Shown here in pieces: positions 1 through 8,937 of a stretch of 64,000 nucleotides of DNA (position 1 is the stretch's first letter; the number at the start of each line of letters is the position of its first letter). The notes under the pieces were generated by a model. It was not told the DNA's origin. It made no database searches and was given only the letters and a program-made list of their open reading frames with translations. Origin of the DNA: an uncultured delta proteobacterium (GTDB lineage: Bacteria; Myxococcota_A; UBA9160; SZUA-336); NCBI GenBank assembly GCA_963704165.1, contig CAVPHD010000004.1:128001-192000 (forward strand). Reading direction: 5' to 3'. A program made the position numbers and the translations under genes.

Positions 1-408
1 GCGCGCGGCATGACGCTCGGCTACCACAACCACTGGTGGGAGTTCGAGATCGAGCACGACGGAAGGCACGCGCATGGCTTGCTGATGGAGCAGCTCGATC
101 CCACGGTCTTCGTCGAGCTCGACACCTACTGGGCGACGGTCGGCGGCCGCGAGCCCGCGAGGATCGCGGCGGGGCTCGGCGCGCGCGTGCAGCTCCTGCA
201 CCTGAAGGACGGTCCGGCCGACGGGTTCAAGTCGCCGATGACGGCCGTCGGCGACGGCGTGCTCGACTTCCGCGCGATCACCGCGTCCTGCCCGAGCGCC
301 CGCTGGCACATCGTCGAGCTCGACGCCTGCGCGACGGACATGTTCCTCGCGATCGAGAAGAGCTACCGCTTCCTCGTCGAGCACGGCCTCTCGCGGGGAC
401 GGAAGTGA
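1..408 (+). CDS. Sugar phosphate isomerase/epimerase (xylose-isomerase-like TIM barrel), 5'-truncated by the window edge
   Basis: Motifs GYHNHWWEF, ELDTYW, LHLKDG, GDGVLDF and IVELD are typical of the AP_endonuc_2 family. The frame is open from base 1. Confidence 0.85.
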   Translation, partial: ARGMTLGYHNHWWEFEIEHDGRHAHGLLMEQLDPTVFVELDTYWATVGGREPARIAAGLGARVQLLHLKDGPADGFKSPMTAVGDGVLDFRAITASCPSARWHIVELDACATDMFLAIEKSYRFLVEHGLSRGRK

Positions 409-1526
409 GCACGGGCGCGCACAGCGCGCGCACGGGCATCGGGATCATCGGCTGCGGCGTGATCAGCCAGGCCTACGCGGCGAAGCTCGCCGCGATCCCC
501 GACGTCGAGATCGTGGCCTGCGCCGATCTCGTTCCCGAACGCGCGCGCGAGCTCGCCGCGAAGTTCGGCATCTCACAGGCGATCGAGCCCGAGAAGCTCC
601 TGGTCTGTCCCGACGTCGAGGTGGTGTTGAATCTGACCATCCCCGCGGCCCACGCCGAGATCAGCGCAGCCGCGCTCGAGTCGGGGAAGTCGGTCTACGC
701 CGAGAAGCCGCTCGCGCTCGGACTCGAAGACGGGATGCGCCTGCTCGCGACGGCCGAGCGCGCCGGGCTCCGGGTCGGCTGCGCCCCCGACACCTTCCTC
801 GGCGCGGGCATCCAGACCTGCCGGAAACTGATCGACGATGGCGCGATCGGCGAGCCGGTCGCGGCCAACGCGTTCTTCCTTTCACCCGGACCGGAGAGCT
901 GGCATCCGCGTCCGCAGATGTTCTACCAGCACGGCGCCGGACCGCTCTTCGATCTCGGTCCCTACTATCTGACGGCGCTGGTCGCGATGTTCGGGCCCGC
1001 GCGCCGGATCACCAGCTCCGCGAGGATCACGCACGCGCGTCGGAAGATCACGAGCCAGCCGCTCGCGGGAACGATGATGGACGTCGAGGTGCCCACGCAC
1101 GTCGCGAGCGTGATCGATTTCCGCTCGGGCCCGGTCGCCACGCTCGTCACCAGCTTCGACGTGCAGGCCGCGCGCGCTCGGAACATCGAGGTCTACGGCA
1201 CCGAGGGAACGCTCGCGGTCCCCGACCCGAACACGTTCGGCGGACCCGTCCAGATCCGGCGCCGCGGCGACAAGGACTGGACCGACGTCCCGCTCACGCA
1301 CGCGAACGCCTCGCAGAGCCGCGGGATCGGCCTGGTCGAGATGGTGCGCGCGCTGCGCTCGGGCTCGAAGCACCGCGCCTCGGGTGAGCTCGCTTGCCAC
1401 GTGCTCGAGCTGATGGAAAAGAGCGTGATCGCATCCGAGACGGGACGTCACCGAGCGCTCGAGACGCGTTGCGAGCGTCCGGCTTCGCTTCCCGCGGGCC
1501 TGCCGGACGACGTCTTCTCCGGCTGA
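405..1526 (+). CDS. Gfo/Idh/MocA family oxidoreductase
   Basis: GTG start overlaps the upstream TGA (GTGA). Rossmann GIIGCGVIS, EKP motif, GAGPLFDLGPYY. Confidence 0.9.
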   Translation: MSTGAHSARTGIGIIGCGVISQAYAAKLAAIPDVEIVACADLVPERARELAAKFGISQAIEPEKLLVCPDVEVVLNLTIPAAHAEISAAALESGKSVYAEKPLALGLEDGMRLLATAERAGLRVGCAPDTFLGAGIQTCRKLIDDGAIGEPVAANAFFLSPGPESWHPRPQMFYQHGAGPLFDLGPYYLTALVAMFGPARRITSSARITHARRKITSQPLAGTMMDVEVPTHVASVIDFRSGPVATLVTSFDVQAARARNIEVYGTEGTLAVPDPNTFGGPVQIRRRGDKDWTDVPLTHANASQSRGIGLVEMVRALRSGSKHRASGELACHVLELMEKSVIASETGRHRALETRCERPASLPAGLPDDVFSG

Positions 1527-1543
1527 GTGGGAGGGCCGAGCTG

Positions 1544-2797
1544 ATGCTGCGCTACGGGATCGTCGGTGGCGGCTTCCTGCCCGCGTTCATGCTGCGTGCG
1601 CTCACGCAGGTGCGCGGCGTCGAGGTCGCAGGGCTCGTCTCGCGAAGACCCCCCGAGGCGCTCGCGCAATTTGCGCGCGAGAACGGACTCGGCCCGGCGC
1701 GCGTCTTCGGATCGATCACCGAGATGGTGCCGCACGTCGACGTCGTGGCGTTCTTCGGACCGAACTTCACGCGCGTAGAGGCGCTCGAAGAAACGGCCGA
1801 CGCCGTGCGCGCGGGCGCGCGCCTGAAGGGACTGATCTGCGAGAAGCCGCTCGCCCGAAATCTGCGCGAGGCGAGGCGCGTGCTCGAACTCGCGCGTTCG
1901 ATCGGCGCGCCGACGGCCTACTTCGAGAACCAGATCCACATGAAGAGCGTCGCTGTTTCGCTCGCGCAGCTGGCTCCCGTGATGCGCGTGAACGGTCCAC
2001 TCCTGCTCGCGCGCGCGGCCGAGGAGCACGGCGGGCCGCACGGCGCGTGGTTCTGGGATCCCCGTCTACAGGGTGGGGGTGTCCTCTCCGACATGGGCTG
2101 TCACTCGATCGCGCTCGCCTGGCACGCGCTCACCCCGCCGGGGAAACCACCGCGCTTTCTCGAACCCGTCTCGGTTCTCGCCGACGTCGCGCTTCTGAAG
2201 TGGGGGCAGCCGCGGCATCGCGCGGACCTGCTCGCGCGTCACGGCGTCGACTACGCGCAGGTTCCCGCCGAGGACTTTGCGACCGGACTGGTCACGTTCC
2301 GGAATCCCGAATCCCGCCAGCTCGTGAAGGGTCAGTTCACGGTCTCGTGGATGTACGACAAGCAGGGACTGCGGCTGCTCCTCGACGGTGTCGGACCGGG
2401 CTACGCGCTCGAGTCGAATTCGCTTCGCTCGCCGCTCGAGATCTTCGTCTCGGACGCCGCGGCGAGCGAGGTCGGGGTTCGCGACGCCGAGCTCGCGCTC
2501 GAGAAGGCCCAGGCGACGCGCGGCCTGCTCGCGGTCCAGCCGAACGAGCCGGATCTCTACGGCTACACCGACGAGAACGTCGACGCGGTCTCTGCGTTCT
2601 CGGCGGGCCGCGCCGCGAAGCTCGACTTCGAGTACGGCGCCGAGATCGTGCGGCTGGTGATGGCCGCCTATCTCTCGGCCGAGCGCGGCGCGGTCGTCGC
2701 TCTCGACGACGCGAGAACGCGCGAGGAGCTCGAGGCCTACGTCCCGCTGATCCAGCAGGGACGCGGTGCGGAGGTTCTCGGTCGCGCAGCCGTGTGA
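1544..2797 (+). CDS. Gfo/Idh/MocA family oxidoreductase
   Basis: ATG preceded by GGAGGG. GIVGGGF, CEKP and GGGVLSDMGCH motifs. Confidence 0.88.
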   Translation: MLRYGIVGGGFLPAFMLRALTQVRGVEVAGLVSRRPPEALAQFARENGLGPARVFGSITEMVPHVDVVAFFGPNFTRVEALEETADAVRAGARLKGLICEKPLARNLREARRVLELARSIGAPTAYFENQIHMKSVAVSLAQLAPVMRVNGPLLLARAAEEHGGPHGAWFWDPRLQGGGVLSDMGCHSIALAWHALTPPGKPPRFLEPVSVLADVALLKWGQPRHRADLLARHGVDYAQVPAEDFATGLVTFRNPESRQLVKGQFTVSWMYDKQGLRLLLDGVGPGYALESNSLRSPLEIFVSDAAASEVGVRDAELALEKAQATRGLLAVQPNEPDLYGYTDENVDAVSAFSAGRAAKLDFEYGAEIVRLVMAAYLSAERGAVVALDDARTREELEAYVPLIQQGRGAEVLGRAAV

Positions 2798-2836
2798 GAC
2801 GCACGCGCCGCGCGTGTCGATCGAACCGAGGCCTCG

Positions 2837-3883
2837 TCAGCGACATCGGATCGAGACGGAGATCGCCTCGTGATCGGAGAGCGCCGCCCCGGTCTCCGGG
2901 TCGACCGCGTCGATCACCGTCGGCTCGCCGACCTCGAGACCGCGTGCGAAGAACCAGTCGAGCTTGAGCGCGCCACGCGCAGATTCGCCGCCACGCGTTC
3001 GGCGCTCGGTCGAAGTGCCGAGCGCATTGCAGCTCCGGAAGTCGAAGCCCCGACGTTCGGCGAGCGCGAAGAGCGGCTCGTGCGGGATCGGATCCGCGAA
3101 CCTGCGCGGATCGGCCTCGATCGCGCGGGCGAGAAGCGCGCGATCCGCGAGCTCGGCGCGCCCGAGCGAGTGTGTGTTCACGTCGCCCCCGACGAGTGCC
3201 GGCGAGCCGGGCGCGAACTCGTCGAGCGCCGTGAGGACCGCATCGAGCTGCGCCGCGCGCTCGTCCGGATCCGAATGGCTCTCGAGATGGACGGCGGCAA
3301 ACGCGACGTCGCGTTCGCCGATCGGCAGGCGAGAGAGGACGGCGATCCGGCCCCCGACGCGCCTTTCCCCGAGGGCGCCGTCGAACCAGCGCCCGCTGCG
3401 CTCGAGGCGCACGAGCCGAGGATCGGCGAGCGCGTGCTTCGACAGGATCGCGGCGCCGTGCCAACCGAGCGAGTTCTCCGCTCCCGCATGCGTCGCCCGC
3501 TCGTGCACGTCACCGAGACCGAGCTCGAGGAACTCCACGCCGAACGCGTATCCGCAGTCGAGACGCCGCGCGAGCTCGCGCGGGGTGTGGCGTTGCCCCG
3601 AGCGCGCCATGCCGTGGTCGAGCTCGGTGAGCAGAAGCATCCCCGCGTCCGTCGCGCGCAGCAGCCTGGCCGCGGCGCCGGGATCCCGACAGCGCTGCGC
3701 ATTCCAGGCGACCACGCGGAGCGTGTTCGTCGGATGCGCCTCCGGCTCTGAAGGCGTCTCGATCTCGAGTGCGTCGTCGAAGCCGAGCTCGGCGAGCAGC
3801 CGTCCATGGAGTCCCGGATCGCTTCGCAGCGCGAGGATCTCGCGGCGTCTCTCGCGGGGCAGTTCCGGTATGCTTCGCATCAT
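2837..3883 (-). CDS. Endonuclease/exonuclease/phosphatase (EEP) family protein
   Basis: Full EEP motif set: VAWNAQR, LTELD, VHLES, GGDVNT, KLDWFF, LSDH. Start (3883 or 3880) is uncertain. Confidence 0.85.
   Translation of the reverse strand: MMRSIPELPRERRREILALRSDPGLHGRLLAELGFDDALEIETPSEPEAHPTNTLRVVAWNAQRCRDPGAAARLLRATDAGMLLLTELDHGMARSGQRHTPRELARRLDCGYAFGVEFLELGLGDVHERATHAGAENSLGWHGAAILSKHALADPRLVRLERSGRWFDGALGERRVGGRIAVLSRLPIGERDVAFAAVHLESHSDPDERAAQLDAVLTALDEFAPGSPALVGGDVNTHSLGRAELADRALLARAIEADPRRFADPIPHEPLFALAERRGFDFRSCNALGTSTERRTRGGESARGALKLDWFFARGLEVGEPTVIDAVDPETGAALSDHEAISVSIRCR
3869..3874 (+). promoter_or_regulatory. Putative -10 element (TATGCT) 7 nt before ATG 3882, suggesting a leaderless transcript
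   Basis: TANNNT hexamer at canonical distance from a start codon that has no SD. Confidence 0.4.
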
Positions 3884-5122
3884 GGAGACCATCCAACGGG
3901 ACGTGCCGAACGGCAAGGTCGAGGGCAGCTGCGACGCGGCCTTCATGAGCGTGGCGAACGAGTTCGAGAAGAACTTCCGCGAACGCGAAGAGGTCGGTGC
4001 TTCGGTCTGCATCACGCACGAGGGCCGGACGGTGGTCGATCTCTGGGGCGGAATCGCACGGCCCGCCGAGCGCGTGCCGTGGGAGCGCGACACCGTCTCG
4101 ATCGTGTTCTCGTGCACGAAGGGCGCGGTGGCGCTCTGCGCACACGTTCTCGCTTCGCGCGGGAAGCTCGACATCGACGCGCCCGTCGCCTCGTACTGGC
4201 CCGAGTTCGCGCGCAAGGGCAAGGAAGACGCGACGGTCCGAATGATGCTCGATCACTCGGTCGGCGTTCCCGCCTTCAAGACGCCGTTGCGACCGGGCGG
4301 CTGCGCCGACTGGGACTACATGGTCGAGATGCTCGCCGACGAGGAGCCGTTCTGGAACCCGGGAACTCGCAATGGCTACCACATGATCAACTTCGGTTGG
4401 ACCGTCGGAGAGCTCGTGCGCCGCGTCTCGGGTGTGTCGCTCGGCGCGTTCTTCCGCGACGAGATCGCGAAGCCGCTCGGCGCCGAGTTCTGGATCGGAA
4501 CGCCCGAAGAGGTCGAGCCGCGCATCGCACCGATGATGATGCACACGCCCCGGCCGGGCGAGGCGATCGGCGAGTTCATGATGAAGATCATGACGGATCC
4601 GCGCTCCACGCAGGCTCTGTCGCTCTTGAACACCGGCGGCTTCGATCCCAACAGCCGAGCGTGTCACGCGGCCGAGATCGGCGGCGGCGGGGGCATTTCG
4701 AACGCGCGCGGTCTGGCCGGCATCTACGCGCCCCTCGCGTGCGGGGGGAGCTCGACGGCGTGCGCCTGGTCGATCGGAAGCAGCTCTCGCGCATGTCCGA
4801 GATCTCCGTCGCGACGAACGAGGACGCGACTCTCCTGATCCCGACGCGATTCTCGTTGGGCTTCATGAAGTCGATGGACAATCGGCGTCGGCCACGGGGC
4901 GACCGCGACTCGGCGATCCTGTCGTCGGCGGCGTTCGGACACGTCGGCGCGGGCGGCAGCGTCGGATTCGCCGATCCCGAAGCCGGCATGTCGTTCGGCT
5001 ACTCGATGAATCGCATGGGTCCGGGACTGATGTTGAACGAGCGCGGCCAATCGCTCGTCGATGCCGCGTACCGGTCGCTCGGCTTCACCTCCAACGAAGG
5101 CGGGGTCTGGGCGCGTCACTGA
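3882..5122 (+). CDS. Serine hydrolase (beta-lactamase/class C esterase family) with a -1 frameshift in the G6 run at 4743-4748
   Basis: FSCTKG (SxxK), GYH and LVRRVSG in the first frame. AFGHVGAGGSVGFADP in the second frame. One extra G joins ...PLACGG to ELDGVRLV... Confidence 0.85.
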
Positions 5123-5132
5123 GGAGGCACGA

Positions 5133-6143
5133 ATGCAGCGTCGTCCGAGTCCCTCGAACGAGGAGCTCCGCGCGATCGCCGCGACTGCCACCGATTCATC
5201 CCTCCGTCCGTTCGAGCTCTCGTTCTCGCTCTCCCTTCTCTACGTCGCGCTCTGCGGCACGTACATCGTCCTCTCCGGCAGGATCGCCGCCGGACTCGCC
5301 GAGAGCGTGGGCGACCTCGAGCGCGTGGAGATGGCCAAGGGCTTGATCTTCGTGTTCGGGACCGGCGCGCTCTTCTTCGTGGCGGCGTGGGGGGTCTTGC
5401 GGCGGATCGCGCGGCAGGAGCTCCACGTGATCGAGCAGAAGAACGCGCTGCTCGAGTTCGAGCGTCGGGCGATGGTCGGGCTCTTCGCGGCATCGATCGC
5501 GCACGACATCTCGAGCATCCTGGTCGTCGCGCGAGGGAATCTGCGGTCCATGGAGGACGAGCACCGAAACGAGCAGGAGAAAGCCGAGGCGACGATCTCG
5601 ATGCGCCGCTCGCTCGAAGAGCTGAAGGTGCTGACGCGCAGACTCGTGTCGATCGAGCACGAGCGCATTTCCAACGATGCCGGTGAGATCGCTCTCGATC
5701 AGCTCGTGCGCGAGGGCATCGCGCTCGCGCGCAGTCACCAAGATGTTCGCGGCTGCAAGCTGCGGGTGACGACCAACGATCCGGTCACGATCCACGGCAA
5801 CGGATCGATGCTCAAAATGCTGCTCCTGAACCTGATTCTCAACGCGGCCGACGTGACGAACGGTCGCGGGCGCATCGATGTTCGGCTCCGTCGCACCGAT
5901 ACGACGGCAATTCTCGAAGTCCACGACGATGGTCCTGGCGTTCCGGTAGACGGGCGCAGAGCGATCTTCGACAGCTTCCATTCCTCGAAGCCGCACGGTA
6001 CCGGCCTCGGTCTGCTGACGGTGAAGGTGGCCGCGGAGGATCACGGCGGCACGGTCGAGGTCACCGATTCCGATCTCGGTGGCGCCGCCTTCAGAGTGAC
6101 GCTTCCTCGCGAGCGGAATCCCGGACTCGAGGCGCTCGAGTAA
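5133..6143 (+). CDS. Membrane sensor histidine kinase (2 TM, HisKA, HATPase)
   Basis: SD GAGGAGG. H-box SIAHDI, N-box NLILNA, G1 DDGPG, G2 GTGLGL. Confidence 0.9.
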   Translation: MQRRPSPSNEELRAIAATATDSSLRPFELSFSLSLLYVALCGTYIVLSGRIAAGLAESVGDLERVEMAKGLIFVFGTGALFFVAAWGVLRRIARQELHVIEQKNALLEFERRAMVGLFAASIAHDISSILVVARGNLRSMEDEHRNEQEKAEATISMRRSLEELKVLTRRLVSIEHERISNDAGEIALDQLVREGIALARSHQDVRGCKLRVTTNDPVTIHGNGSMLKMLLLNLILNAADVTNGRGRIDVRLRRTDTTAILEVHDDGPGVPVDGRRAIFDSFHSSKPHGTGLGLLTVKVAAEDHGGTVEVTDSDLGGAAFRVTLPRERNPGLEALE

Positions 6144-6186
6144 AGCGAAAGCCCCGATCGCTCGAAAAGCCCTGGGCGAGGTCTTC

Positions 6187-7089
6187 GTGACGACTCCGAG
6201 CGACCCCAGTCCAGTGGCGACGGCGCATGACGGGCCGTCGCCGATCGAGGTGCCGTCCGAACGGCGTCGGCCACGTCTGGTCTCGATCCACGGCGCGCAG
6301 ATGGGCAAGCGCTGGGTCGTCGAAGCGTGCGGCATCGTGATCGGGCGCGACCCCGCTCGAGCGGGCCTCGTTCTTCCCGATCCCGCCATCTCCGCACGCC
6401 ATTGCGCGGTGGAGCACGATCCCGCGACGGGTGAGTTCAGAGTGAGCGATCTCGGCTCGCGAAACGGCACGTTCGTGAACGGCGAGAAGATCGGTGAGCG
6501 GCGGCTGTGTGACGGCGACAAGCTCTTCGTCGGTGAGACGGTCCTCGCGTGGAGCCTCGACGACGAGCTCGGAAAGGGATTTCACAGCGGCGTCGAGTCC
6601 CGTGTGGACCTCGACGCCCTGACGGGATTGCTCGTGAAGCGCGCCTTCGACCTGGAGCTGGCACGGGCGTTCGCGCAGGCGAGGGACTTCGAGAAGGGCT
6701 TGTCCCTGCTGATGATGGACGTTGGCGAGTACGAGACGATCGACCCGGACCGGTCGCGCAAGACGAGCGCACTCTGTGTCGCGGAGATCGGGCGGATCAT
6801 TGGCGCGGAGCTCGTGAGCGCGGGACGCGCATGCCGCTTCGGGGGAGACCGCTTCATCGCACTTCTTCATCCCGCGGAGCGCGAAGCTGCCTGGGCGCTC
6901 GCAGAGCGGATCTGTGCCCGAGTCTCGGCCTACACGTTCGAGCGTCACGGCGCGCCTGTGCACTCCATGATCAGCATCGGGATTGCGGAGCTAGGACCGG
7001 AGTTGCCGACTCCAGATCATCTCTTGCAGGTCGCGGACGAGGCGTGCTTTCGCGCGCGGCGCGCCGGGCGAACCCAGGTGTCGCGTTGA
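6187..7089 (+). CDS. FHA domain + degenerate GGDEF domain protein
   Basis: FHA motifs IGRD, ISARH, DLGSRNGTFVNG. GGDEF-like DALTGL...RFGGDRF...SIG. Confidence 0.85.
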   Translation: MTTPSDPSPVATAHDGPSPIEVPSERRRPRLVSIHGAQMGKRWVVEACGIVIGRDPARAGLVLPDPAISARHCAVEHDPATGEFRVSDLGSRNGTFVNGEKIGERRLCDGDKLFVGETVLAWSLDDELGKGFHSGVESRVDLDALTGLLVKRAFDLELARAFAQARDFEKGLSLLMMDVGEYETIDPDRSRKTSALCVAEIGRIIGAELVSAGRACRFGGDRFIALLHPAEREAAWALAERICARVSAYTFERHGAPVHSMISIGIAELGPELPTPDHLLQVADEACFRARRAGRTQVSR

Positions 7090-7121
7090 CGCGGCTGCGC
7101 TCACGGTGCAACCTCGCCGTG

Positions 7122-7481
7122 ATGGCGATTCGGAGATCGTGCGCGAAGACCACAGTCGCGATCCTGCTTCTGGCGCTGATCGCGGCGCCGATCGCGAGCG
7201 AGGTGTTCGCCCAGAGTGATCCGCACGGCTGCTGCCCCGAGCCGGCGGCGACGACCGATGCGCCCGAGCCCTGCCAGTACGTCGCTCCGCTCGCATGCTG
7301 TGCGCAGCTCGCCGTGCCCGCGACGACCGTGAATGCGCACCACGAGCTCGGGGGCGATTTCGTGGTGACCGCTCTCGTCGGCCCGTCACCCGCTCCTCTC
7401 GCTCCGACCTTCGCCCGCGCGCGGAACGGTCACGGGCCGCCACAAGCCGAACGGATACGCACGATCGTTCTCCAGCTCTGA
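7122..7481 (+). CDS. Small secreted Cys/His-rich leader protein with a Pro-rich tail and HGPP motif (CruR/CutF-like uORF)
   Basis: 119 aa: signal-like N-terminus, HGCC, PC, ACC, HH, then PSPAPLAP...NGHGPP. Lies directly upstream of the cus-type operon. Confidence 0.7.
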   Translation: MAIRRSCAKTTVAILLLALIAAPIASEVFAQSDPHGCCPEPAATTDAPEPCQYVAPLACCAQLAVPATTVNAHHELGGDFVVTALVGPSPAPLAPTFARARNGHGPPQAERIRTIVLQL

Positions 7482-7581
7482 GTCGACTCCTCTCGCGGTT
7501 CCCCGGGATTCCATCCCGCTTTCCGTGAACTCGCGAGCGTGCCGTCGCCCGACCGCACGCTCCGTGCCAGGAGAGATCGAC
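7482..7581 (+). promoter_or_regulatory. Predicted three-way RNA junction sequestering the SD of the TolC gene
   Basis: GTCGA-CTCCT (7482-7491) is complementary to AGGAG (7569-7573) and TCGAC (7577-7581). It encloses hairpins 7492-7537 and 7537-7560. Pairing read by eye, not folded computationally. Confidence 0.6.
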
Positions 7582-8937
7582 ATGTCGGAGTGGAAAGCAC
7601 GCGTTTGCGCGGCGGTGGTCGCGCTCTCGGCCTGTCTGGCCTGCGCGAGCGCGCCCCAGCTCGAACGCTACCGGACGCAGCGTCAGGAACTCGCGCGCGT
7701 GCAGGCCGACGCCCGGCCCGCAGAATGGAGCGACCCGTTCGCGGGCGCCGCGGCGCTCTCGCGACGCGATCTGGTGTCCCAGGTGCTCGCCCGCAACCCG
7801 GGCCTCGAAGCGTCCCGCTCGGCATGGCAGGCCGCGCTCGCTCGCTACCCGCAGGCGATCTCGTTGTCGGACCCGATGCTCGGATACGGAGTACGGCCGC
7901 GTTCGTTCTCCTCGAGCGAGGTCGACCCGGCGCACGACGTCGGCCTCTCGCAGCCACTGCCATTCCCCGGAAAGCTCGGCCTTCGCGGCGAGATGGCGCT
8001 CGCTTCGGCGGACGCAGCCGGTGAAGCCGTCGCATCGGAGCGCGTCCGGCTGGCCGCGCTCGCCTCGGTCTCGTTCGACGAGTACTGGCTCGCGGCTCGC
8101 GCGCACGAGACGAACGCAGAGCATCTCGCGTGGCTCGAGTCGTTGCACGTAGCGACGCTCGCGCGGTACGCGACCGGAGCCGGTTCCCAGCTCGACGTGC
8201 TCGAAGCGGAGACCGAGATCGCGATGCTCTTGCACGCCGAGATCGAGATCGCGACGGCTCGCAGGATCGCGGTCGAACGGATCAACCTGCTCCTGCACCG
8301 CGATCCCGCGCTTCCACTTCCCGCGCCCCCGCGCACGCTCGAAGAAGCCGCGGGTCACGATCTCGACGTCGATGCGCTCGTCGCTCGGGCGCTCGCACGT
8401 CGCCCCGAGCTTCGGGCGCGCGAAGCCGAGACGCGCGCGAACGAGGCCGCGGTGGAGCTCGCCGAGCGCGAGTTTCTGCCCGACTTCTCGCTTCAGGGCG
8501 GATACATGGGATCGATGCAAGAGACACCATTGCGGCCGTTCGTCGGGATCGAGCTCAATCTCCCGATCCAGCTCGGTCGAAGGCGGGCCGCGCTCGACGA
8601 GGCGCAGGCGCTGCTCGCACGCGGACGCAGTCGGAGCCGAGGGCTCGAGGATCGTGTGCGATTCGAGGTGATCATCGCGGTCGAACGCTTGCATGAAGCG
8701 CGACACAAGCTCGAGCTCACGCGAGAGCGGCTGCTGCCGGCGGCGCGCGGCCGTTCCGTGTCCGCGCGCGCGGCGTTCCGGACCGGACAGGTGGGGTTCC
8801 TCGAGCTCGTCGAAGCCGAGCGGGCCCTCCGCGCCGCCGAGTTCGGCGAACACGAAACCGAGGCGGAGCTGTCGCGTCGACACGCAGAGCTCGCGCGCGC
8901 TCTCGGCGAGACGGCCGCATTCGAGGAGGTGAAGTGA
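7582..8937 (+). CDS. TolC/CusC-family outer-membrane efflux protein
   Basis: SD AGGAG, lipoprotein-like signal, SQPLPFPGKL motif, two OEP repeats. First gene of the RND operon. Confidence 0.88.
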   Translation: MSEWKARVCAAVVALSACLACASAPQLERYRTQRQELARVQADARPAEWSDPFAGAAALSRRDLVSQVLARNPGLEASRSAWQAALARYPQAISLSDPMLGYGVRPRSFSSSEVDPAHDVGLSQPLPFPGKLGLRGEMALASADAAGEAVASERVRLAALASVSFDEYWLAARAHETNAEHLAWLESLHVATLARYATGAGSQLDVLEAETEIAMLLHAEIEIATARRIAVERINLLLHRDPALPLPAPPRTLEEAAGHDLDVDALVARALARRPELRAREAETRANEAAVELAEREFLPDFSLQGGYMGSMQETPLRPFVGIELNLPIQLGRRRAALDEAQALLARGRSRSRGLEDRVRFEVIIAVERLHEARHKLELTRERLLPAARGRSVSARAAFRTGQVGFLELVEAERALRAAEFGEHETEAELSRRHAELARALGETAAFEEVK

